NCBI GenBank assembly: GCA_007375675.1
Contig: VMEU01000003.1
Location: 8,692 to 72,691, forward strand
DNA: 64,000 nt
Direction: 5' to 3'
Source of the DNA: Parcubacteria group bacterium Greene0416_39
Lineage (GTDB): Bacteria; Patescibacteriota; Minisyncoccia; Minisyncoccales; UBA10102
The position numbers and the translations under genes were made by a program. Below the pieces are notes generated by a model, which was not told where the DNA came from, made no database searches, and saw only the letters and a list, made by a program, of their open reading frames with translations. This document shows positions 35,573 through 41,752 of this stretch, piece after piece (position 1 is the stretch's first letter; each line of letters opens with the position of its first letter).

Positions 35573-35649
35573 TAATGCAAATTTACGTATGACTACGAAT
35601 GCCGCAAATAATATTTGTACATTCGCATATCATTTGTAGATTGGCATCA
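35573..35649. repeat. AT-rich palindromic intergenic cassette (copy G)
   Basis: TAATGCAAATTTACGTATGACTACGAATGCCGCAAATA...ACATTCGCATATCATTTGTAGATTGGCATCA. TTCGCA-17-CATCAT lies 6 nt before the rpmG ATG. Confidence 0.7.
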
Positions 35650-35656
35650 TAATTGT

Positions 35657-35833
35657 ATGGCAACAAAAAGAAAAGCGTATACAAGATTGCAGTGCACGGT
35701 GTGCAAGAATCTAAACTATTCCGCGCACAAGTCCAAGATGTCGAAGATGAAAGAAGGAGAAGGCAAATTGGCATTTAAAAAGTTCTGCAGGCACTGCAGA
35801 AAGCATACAAGCCACAAGGAGACAAAGAAGTAA
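35657..35833 (+). CDS. rpmG: 50S ribosomal protein L33
   Basis: MATKRKAYTRLQCTVCKNLNY...CRHCRKHTSHKETKK. Confidence 0.9.
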   Translation: MATKRKAYTRLQCTVCKNLNYSAHKSKMSKMKEGEGKLAFKKFCRHCRKHTSHKETKK

Positions 35834-35887
35834 GATCAAAAGGAATGTGTGAGGAATGTGTGAAGACCAGCTTCACACATTCAAGTT

Positions 35888-35961
35888 AGGGGTGTGGTGA
35901 AGTGGTATCACGAAGGTCTCCAAAACCTTCGTCGGAGGTTCGATTCCTCCCGCCCCTGCCA
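35888..35961 (+). tRNA. tRNA-Trp (CCA), CCA encoded
   Basis: AGGGGTG TG GTGA AGTGGTA TCAC G AAGGT CTCCAAA ACCTT CGTC GGAGG TTCGATT CCTCC CGCCCCT G CCA. Confidence 0.9.
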
Positions 35962-36100
35962 GGCACCATACGGCACCTGGCCAGATGCAAGACTGTATCT
36001 GGCCAGGCACAATTCTGCGCCTGGCTACGCCAATTGGCTTAGCCAGAAGCAGAATTGGGACTGTGGGAGGTGCCGACTGGTACCTCCCCAGTTTTTAGTT
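35962..36100. repeat. GC-rich hairpin array (left flank of the GIY-YIG gene)
   Basis: GGCACCATACGGCACCTGG. CTGGCCAGAT/ATCTGGCCAG. CAATTCTGC/GCAGAATTG enclosing CTGGCTA/TAGCCAG. GGGAGGT/ACCTCCC. Confidence 0.55.
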
Positions 36101-36112
36101 GATAATAAGGGA

Positions 36113-36373
36113 ATGAAATTCTACTACGTTTACGTTCTACGTAATAAACTTAAGAATTTTACTTATATTGGATACTCCGAGAATCTTCAGCAAAGGTTCC
36201 GCGAACATAATGAAGGTAAATCGAAATCTACAAAACATTACGTTCCTCTAGAACTTATTCACTATGAAGCATACAGAAACAGTAGAGACGCAAAGCGGCG
36301 AGAGGAGTATCTCAAAACAAATCGCGGCAGAACAACTTTGATGACAATGCTTAAGGAGTATTTTGCCAATTAA
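36113..36373 (+). CDS. GIY-YIG nuclease-family protein (86 aa)
   Basis: FYYVYVLRNKLKNFTYIGYSENLQQRFREHNEGKSKSTK...YLKT. The track ORF 35894.. reads through tRNA-Trp and is not accepted upstream of the ATG at 36113. Confidence 0.8.
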   Translation: MKFYYVYVLRNKLKNFTYIGYSENLQQRFREHNEGKSKSTKHYVPLELIHYEAYRNSRDAKRREEYLKTNRGRTTLMTMLKEYFAN

Positions 36374-36408
36374 AGAATCGCCAACAAGGCGAGTTTTTGA
36401 CAGGGATC

Positions 36409-36437
36409 TTGCAATTACGCAGGATTTTTGCTATCAT
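36409..36437 (+). promoter_or_regulatory. candidate promoter TTGCAA-17-TATCAT
   Basis: Upstream of ORF 36482. Confidence 0.5.
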
Positions 36438-36481
36438 AGTCCGGTGGGAGAGCAAAATTAGAGAAAGGAGGATCTAGTTCA

Positions 36482-36688
36482 ATGGGGGCAATTCTTCAGC
36501 CAGGTGATATTGTCGCCTCGCACATAACAATCCGGAATGGTCGCAATGGCAATGTAATTCGGGCAGGCACTTATGGTATCGTTGTCGACAGGCTGTCGCA
36601 GAAGATCGCAGTGCAATTCGAAAAGGGCGATAACGAGACCACCGAACCCCTCCTCTGTTTGCGTTCAAACCTCCGCCTTCTGTCCTAA
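36482..36688 (+). CDS. hypothetical protein (68 aa)
   Basis: AAAGGAGG before the ATG. Terminator GCACCG/CGGTGC followed by TTTTTT downstream. Confidence 0.5.
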   Translation: MGAILQPGDIVASHITIRNGRNGNVIRAGTYGIVVDRLSQKIAVQFEKGDNETTEPLLCLRSNLRLLS

Positions 36689-36699
36689 CCTATCCTAGT

Positions 36700-36921
36700 T
36701 CATAGGGTCTGGCACCGTACCCGACAACGGTGCTTTTTTATTCCACGTCTTTTCGGCAAAATAGAAAACGCCCTTCGACTTCGCTCAGGGCGTTTTCTTT
36801 CAATGAAATAAGGCGCAGCCAGGCACCATACGGCGCCTGGTCGGGTACAGAATTGTACCCGAAACTGTGCCTTACACAAGGTACCAGTCGGCACCTTGTA
36901 GTAGGGCACCGACTGGTGCCC
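36700..36921. repeat. GC-rich hairpin array (right flank of the GIY-YIG region)
   Basis: GAAAACGCCC/GGGCGTTTTC, CCAGGCACCATACGGCGCCTGG (same motif as 35962), CGGGTACA/TGTACCCG, TAGGGCACC/GGTGCCCTA. Confidence 0.5.
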
Positions 36922-37241
36922 TACACCATGTTGGAACCTGGAAGCGGCAAGCCGAGCTTTCCAAGGTTGCGCAAAATGGATCCTGCCAGGGCTACAACCA
37001 CAAGTATAAAGGCAACCGGCGCAAGGAAGGAAAGGGAAGGTTGAGCAGCAGCAGCCATTTGGACCACTGCAAATCCCAAAACATACCCTACCACCATTTT
37101 CTTCATAAAGTCTGCGGCTCTGCTCAAACGGAAGTCCTTTTTCATAAGCGCTCCAAGAACGCCGAGAATCACGTCAACTCCAACAAGAATCAAGATAATC
37201 TGTACTTGGGAGCTTGCAAAAAGTTCAGAAGATAGCGGCAT
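36921..37241 (-). CDS. small 3-TM membrane protein, holin-family-like
   Basis: ILILVGVDVILGVLGALMKKDFRLSRAADFMKKMVVGYVLGF resembles the phage holin family 4 pattern. Recalled similarity only. Confidence 0.45.
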   Translation of the reverse strand: MPLSSELFASSQVQIILILVGVDVILGVLGALMKKDFRLSRAADFMKKMVVGYVLGFAVVQMAAAAQPSLSFLAPVAFILVVVALAGSILRNLGKLGLPLPGSNMV

Positions 37242-37361
37242 TTGAAAGTATGATATAGTAAAGAAGTTATAAAAGAATGAATCTCCGACCTTTCAACCAG
37301 TATACCAAGAGCAAGCAAGAGAGGGAAGGAAGTTATCCACACCCCAAAATCACCCCGCCTT

Positions 37362-37829
37362 ATGCTTAAAATTTTTACCTATCCATTGCCAATACTGCAA
37401 TCCCGCGCACAAGAGATTGAACGTATTGACGAGGAAACTCTATCGTTGATTCTGCAAATGAAACAAACCATGGATGCAAACAATGGAATTGGCCTTGCCG
37501 CTCCTCAAATTGGGGTTTCAAAACGCATTATTATTGTGAAAGACAAGAAGGAAAACCACGCATTTTTGAACCCCCAGATTCTCAAACAAAGCAGGAAAAA
37601 AGAAGAAGACGAAGAAGGATGTTTGAGTCTCCCCGGACTTTTTATGCAAGTAAAAAGAGCCAAACGGGTTGAAGTGCTTGCTTTAACGCCAGAAGGCAAA
37701 GAGGTAAAGATAGAAGCTGAAGGGTTGACGAGCCGCATTTTTCAGCACGAGATTGACCACCTCAATGGAAAACTCATTATTCATCGCGTAAGCTTATGGA
37801 CTCGATTGTTAAGGCATTTCAAAAAGTGA
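37362..37829 (+). CDS. def: peptide deformylase
   Basis: GIGLAAPQIG, EGCLSLPG, QHEIDHLNG. Confidence 0.93.
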   Translation: MLKIFTYPLPILQSRAQEIERIDEETLSLILQMKQTMDANNGIGLAAPQIGVSKRIIIVKDKKENHAFLNPQILKQSRKKEEDEEGCLSLPGLFMQVKRAKRVEVLALTPEGKEVKIEAEGLTSRIFQHEIDHLNGKLIIHRVSLWTRLLRHFKK

Positions 37830-37830
37830 A

Positions 37831-38745
37831 ATGAAGCGGACATGGCTCAACCTTGCAGGAGTTCTCGGGCTGATGATTCTCGCCCTTTGGCTTTCCGTAC
37901 AAATATCAGCTCCTCTTCGCTTTACTGCTAAAACAGGGATTGTTGTTATAATTGAAAAGGGGCAGGGGACTAAAGATATTGCAAAATATCTTGAACGACA
38001 GAAATTTATCCGTTCCTCTTTCTTTTTTCAGGCCTACAGTTTCCTTACTGGAGCTTCACACAAACTTCAGGCGGGAGAATATCTTTTAAGTCCTTCGCTT
38101 TCTTTGTCTCAGATCGTACGCAAACTTGCTACGGGAGATGTTCATAAAGAAGCCGTGACCTTTGTGGAAGGCTGGAGTGTAAAAGACTATCCAATCCTTC
38201 TTGAGTTCCTCAATTTTGAGGGGTACCTATTTCCTGATACCTATTTTGTGAGAACCGACGAAACTCCAGAATCCATTGTGCGAAGAATGCTCCAGAACTT
38301 TGACAAACATTTTACCCCGCAACTCAGAACAGAAACACAAAGACAGAAGAAAACAATCTTTCAAGTGGTCACCATGGCCTCTCTTCTTGAGAAAGAGGTA
38401 CCCGGGCTTCAAGACCGCAAAATAGTTGCCGGAGTTCTCTGGAAAAGACTCAAGGCCGGAGTAGCCCTCCAAGTAGATGCAACAGTTTTATATGTAAAAG
38501 GGGAACACACGGTAAAGATATCCAAAGAAGACACGCAAATTGACTCGCCCTACAATACCTACAAGTATCCGGGGCTCCCTGTGGGCCCTATTGGAAACCC
38601 TGGGATGGAAAGCATTCTCGCCGCCTTGTACCCAACAGAAAGCCCTTACTGGTACTATCTCTCTACGCTCACAGGAGAAACCATTTTCAGCAAAACCTTA
38701 GAAGACCACAACCTTGCCAAGGCAAAATACCTCAAGGGGTATTGA
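37831..38745 (+). CDS. mltG: endolytic transglycosylase MltG (YceG-like)
   Basis: N-terminal TM helix. PYNTYKYPGLPVGPIGNPG motif. Confidence 0.88.
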   Translation: MKRTWLNLAGVLGLMILALWLSVQISAPLRFTAKTGIVVIIEKGQGTKDIAKYLERQKFIRSSFFFQAYSFLTGASHKLQAGEYLLSPSLSLSQIVRKLATGDVHKEAVTFVEGWSVKDYPILLEFLNFEGYLFPDTYFVRTDETPESIVRRMLQNFDKHFTPQLRTETQRQKKTIFQVVTMASLLEKEVPGLQDRKIVAGVLWKRLKAGVALQVDATVLYVKGEHTVKISKEDTQIDSPYNTYKYPGLPVGPIGNPGMESILAALYPTESPYWYYLSTLTGETIFSKTLEDHNLAKAKYLKGY

Positions 38746-38770
38746 CAAGAATATGCGCATTTGCTAAAAA
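38742..38770 (+). promoter_or_regulatory. candidate promoter TTGACA-17-TAAAAA
   Basis: TTGACA overlaps the mltG stop. Confidence 0.45.
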
Positions 38771-38776
38771 GCAGGT

Positions 38777-39027
38777 AGGTTCGTTCAATGCTCATGCATG
38801 GGGGCAGGGAACGCGCTGAAAGAGGGGGGCGTGGGCAGCTCTGCTGCCGTCGCGACGTGTTTACACGTTGGAGCCCGCAACACGCCTCTCTCCAACTTCC
38901 ACAGACCGTAGGTCTCCGAAGGAGACACTGAGCCGTAAGGCGAAGTGCTACCAAAAGAGTAAATCCTACGCAGGAAATAACAGTAAGACTGTGTTCTTGT
39001 GTCTGTGGAAACAGGCATTTTCTTTTT
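38777..39027 (+). ncRNA. candidate ~250-nt structured RNA or rplJ (L10) leader with attenuator
   Basis: 12-bp helix GAGGGGGGCGTG (38822-33) / CACGCCTCTCTC (38881-92) enclosing GGCAGC-tct-GCTGCC and CGACGTG-ttta-CACGTTG. GTCTCC-gaa-GGAGAC. GCC-GTAA-GGC. Terminator TGTCTGT-ggaa-ACAGGCA followed by TTTTCTTTTT. Track ORFs here are short, overlapping and on both strands, with no RBS. Confidence 0.4.
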
Positions 39028-39083
39028 AGTATCAGCATAAATCAGCTATAATCCGCATAAATCCGCGGTGAGCAGCAGCGAAC

Positions 39084-39596
39084 ATGGCAAAAACAAAAGC
39101 ACAAAAGCAGACAATAATAGATAAGCTTGAACAGCAAGTTGAAAAAACGCCGTCCATGGTGTTTGTTGACGTTGCAGGATTAAAGATTAAAGACTTGGGG
39201 GTGTTGAGAGCAAGCCTCAAAAAAACAGGAGCGAAGCTCCAGGTTGTGAAAAAAACCTTGCTTGCCAAAACTCTCGATAAGAAGGGGATTAAGGCTGAAT
39301 TGAAAACCATGACAGGAGAGATTGCGGCAATCTTTTCGCAAGATCCGTTTGCAGTTTTAAAGCTTGCGTACGCCTTTTCAAAGAAAAACGAACATTTCAA
39401 GTTAAGAGGAGGGAATCTAGATGGAGCAGTGCAAAACGAAACAGCAGTAATCCTGCTTGCCCAGCTTCCAGCAAGAGAAGAATTGCTTAGCCAACTGATG
39501 AGAACGCTCACTGGTCCAGTATCTGGATTTATGAACGTACTGCAAGGCAATACCAAAGGTCTGATACGAGTTTTGGCACAGGCCAAAACATCGTAA
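39084..39596 (+). CDS. rplJ: 50S ribosomal protein L10
   Basis: 170 aa, typical L10. Located upstream of rplL. Confidence 0.93.
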   Translation: MAKTKAQKQTIIDKLEQQVEKTPSMVFVDVAGLKIKDLGVLRASLKKTGAKLQVVKKTLLAKTLDKKGIKAELKTMTGEIAAIFSQDPFAVLKLAYAFSKKNEHFKLRGGNLDGAVQNETAVILLAQLPAREELLSQLMRTLTGPVSGFMNVLQGNTKGLIRVLAQAKTS

Positions 39597-39630
39597 ATAA
39601 CAAATTACAAAATCCAAATTCCAAATACTT

Positions 39631-40047
39631 ATGGAAGAACAAAAAGAGATAATAGAAATTCCCGAGAAGTTCAAAGCGCTCGTCGCAAGCATTGAAAAAC
39701 TCACGGTGCTTGATCTTGCCGAATTGGTAAAGATCCTTGAAAAGAAGTTTGGAGTTTCGGCGGCTGCTCCAATAGCAGTTGCAGCAGCACCCGAGGCAGC
39801 TTCAGCGGAGGCGGGCGACGACGAAAAAACCTCCTTTAACGTCGTGCTTACAGGAGTAGGGGACAAGAAAATTGAGGTCATCAAGGTGGTGCGCGACGCA
39901 ACAACCAAAGGATTGAAAGAAGCAAAAGATCTTGTGGATGCCACAGCTTCAGGGCCGCAAGTTGTTGCAGAAAATCTGAAAAAAGAAGACGCCCAAGAAC
40001 TCAAGAAAAAGTTTGACGCTGCCGGAGCAAAAGTTGAGCTCAAGTAG
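39631..40047 (+). CDS. rplL: 50S ribosomal protein L7/L12
   Basis: Ala-rich hinge, KIEVIKVVRDATTKGLKEAKDLVD. Confidence 0.93.
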   Translation: MEEQKEIIEIPEKFKALVASIEKLTVLDLAELVKILEKKFGVSAAAPIAVAAAPEAASAEAGDDEKTSFNVVLTGVGDKKIEVIKVVRDATTKGLKEAKDLVDATASGPQVVAENLKKEDAQELKKKFDAAGAKVELK

Positions 40048-40050
40048 TTT

Positions 40051-40890
40051 TCACTTAAACAGGAGGGAACCTAGCATCAAGACGGCGTAGAGCAACACAA
40101 CAAGAACGATTTTCTTTTTTGCAGAAAGCGGAAGAGAACGGAAAAAAGAAACCTGGAGAAACGCCTCCGGGTTTCTTTTTGGTTGCGTGAGAAGGGGAAG
40201 TTCTTCAATAACCCCAACAAACAAAACCCCAGCTACTTTATGAAGCTCTTTTTCTTTTTGCTTGAGAAGTTCTTGGTACTGCTTTTGTTCTTTGAGAAAC
40301 GCAAAATCTCGCAGAAGATCGCGCGACTCCAAAAATGAGGAGAGTTCATGGGTTGCTACTATGAGCTTATCTTGAGCAAAAAGCTTTCCCACAACTGCGC
40401 TTTCAAGAGTTTTATCCTTTGCAATGTTTACAAGCTGGTTTTTCCTAGCCAAAAACACTTGCGTATTGCCAGATTTTGCAAGAGAGAACGTAACCTTGTG
40501 AGCCCTCGGGAAAAAAGAGAACGCAACAAGAACAAGATGAAGGTTGCCGAGCCAGTCAACATTACCTTGTTTTTTTTCTTTTAGCAAGAAGCTATCAACT
40601 TCTCTAAGCGCTTTTTTAAAGACGATTTCTGGGGTCACAACACTTTTCCCTTGGGTTCGCCCCGTCATTCGACGGGGCGGGGAGTCGGATGACTCCCCGT
40701 ATTCCTCGCTCACAACATGCGCAATTGTATCAAGAAAGCTGGAGTTCTGGGGAAGGACATTGGAAAGCTCCCCAATGCCATACACATTGGTTGTAAAATC
40801 TTTTCCAACAAGAACTTTTTCAAATGAAAACGTTTTGAAAAACCGGTCTTTCTTTGCTTTGGGATTAAAATGAAACTCAAAGATTCGCAT
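40051..40890 (-). CDS. hypothetical protein with C-terminal TM anchor (279 aa)
   Basis: Long ORF. No family recognised. Confidence 0.55.
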   Translation of the reverse strand: MRIFEFHFNPKAKKDRFFKTFSFEKVLVGKDFTTNVYGIGELSNVLPQNSSFLDTIAHVVSEEYGESSDSPPRRMTGRTQGKSVVTPEIVFKKALREVDSFLLKEKKQGNVDWLGNLHLVLVAFSFFPRAHKVTFSLAKSGNTQVFLARKNQLVNIAKDKTLESAVVGKLFAQDKLIVATHELSSFLESRDLLRDFAFLKEQKQYQELLKQKEKELHKVAGVLFVGVIEELPLLTQPKRNPEAFLQVSFFRSLPLSAKKKIVLVVLLYAVLMLGSLLFK

Positions 40891-40930
40891 GTTCTCATTA
40901 TATCAGATTCGTGGTATACGCAAACCTAAA

Positions 40931-41002
40931 GGGCGGTTAGTTTAATGGTAAAACAGTGCATTCACATTGCACAGAGCATAGGTTCGATTCCTATACCGCC
41001 CA
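40931..41002 (+). tRNA. tRNA-Val (CAC)
   Basis: GGGCGGT TA GTTT AATGGTA AAAC A GTGCA TTCACAT TGCAC AGAGC ATAGG TTCGATT CCTAT ACCGCCC A. Confidence 0.88.
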
Positions 41003-41004
41003 CT

Positions 41005-41352
41005 ATGTTTGCTACTGACAAAAAGAGTTTGGATAAGGATACAAAGGTTTGGTTCTTCCGAAGTTCTTCAGGGCCTGGAGGACAAAACGTGAACAAGGTT
41101 GCGAGCGCGGTAAGGATATGGCACGTTCCAAGCGGCGTAGTCATTGTGGTGAGAAGCGAGCGAACCCAAGCGCAGAACAAAAGGGTTGCCTTCGAACGCC
41201 TGAAGAAGCGCCTGGAGGCATTAAACAGACCGCGCAAACCAAGAAAACTGCGTACGAAACCTTCACCAGCCGCGCAACGAAAACGCTTGGAAGAAAAACG
41301 CAAGCAATCCCAAAAGAAAGAATCAAGGCAACCTCCTCGCCTTGAATCCTAG
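41005..41352 (+). CDS. arfB: ArfB/YaeJ-like peptidyl-tRNA hydrolase (class I RF GGQ domain plus basic tail)
   Basis: [12 protein letters not shown] and a Lys/Arg-rich C-terminus. The N-terminal part of the track ORF overlaps tRNA-Val and is rejected. Confidence 0.8.
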   Translation: MFATDKKSLDKDTKVWFFRSSSGPGGQNVNKVASAVRIWHVPSGVVIVVRSERTQAQNKRVAFERLKKRLEALNRPRKPRKLRTKPSPAAQRKRLEEKRKQSQKKESRQPPRLES

Positions 41353-41371
41353 GATATGATAGAATACGGAA

Positions 41372-41752
41372 ATGATTTTTAGCATTGCTTTTGAATATGT
41401 CGTATGGCATTTTGCGCAAATGCCTTTGGAAATTGCCAAGGCCTGGAGAAATATTCTCCTGTTTAACCTGGAATACTTTTCGCTCCCTGTGCTTTTGAAA
41501 ACGCTTTTTGCTCCCTGGAGAAAAATCCAGTTTGCAGCAGGAAAAGGATTTAATATTGCAAAGTTGCTTGAAGCAGCAGCTTCCAACCTCATCTCAAGAA
41601 TTTTGGGAGCTTTGATACGAAGCGTTCTCATTATTGCGGGCCTTGCAACAGAAGCAGCGCTTCTTGCAACTGCCTTGGCAACCCTTATTGCATGGTTCCT
41701 TTTGCCCATTGCCATTGTACTTGGATTTTCTTATGGATTTTCCACCCTCTAA
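41372..41752 (+). CDS. hypothetical membrane protein (126 aa)
   Basis: Hydrophobic ORF overlapping the Clp-like gene start by 20 nt. Confidence 0.45.
   Translation: MIFSIAFEYVVWHFAQMPLEIAKAWRNILLFNLEYFSLPVLLKTLFAPWRKIQFAAGKGFNIAKLLEAAASNLISRILGALIRSVLIIAGLATEAALLATALATLIAWFLLPIAIVLGFSYGFSTL

Noticed and set aside
4018-35649. Whether the recurring ATGCGAAT/ATTCGCAT elements could be a CRISPR array or a degenerate one.
   Set aside because: Copies are kilobases apart, one per intergenic spacer. They are internally palindromic, and there are no regularly spaced unique spacers or cas genes.
35894-36112. N-terminal 73 residues of track ORF 35894..36373, with ORFs 36730..37044 and 36867..37235.
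   Set aside because: They read through tRNA-Trp or the hairpin arrays. The recurrent APYG(T/A)W translation comes from a repeated DNA motif. The GIY-YIG domain begins at the ATG at 36113.
38777-39027. Identification of the structured region upstream of rplJ as RNase P RNA, tmRNA, SRP RNA or 6S RNA.
   Set aside because: I found no GAGGAAAGUCC / ACAGAA..GGCUUA RNase P motifs, no tRNA-like CCA end or tag ORF, and no SRP GGAA/AGCA helix-8 motif. It is left unclassified.
40945-41004. N-terminal 20 residues of track ORF 40945..41352.
   Set aside because: They are encoded by the tRNA-Val gene body. The ArfB-like protein starts at the ATG at 41005.
41634-41732. Upstream start of the Clp-like ORF (41634).
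   Set aside because: It overlaps ORF 41372..41752 extensively and adds a non-hydrophobic, unconserved peptide. MDFPPSK (41733) precedes the TM region.
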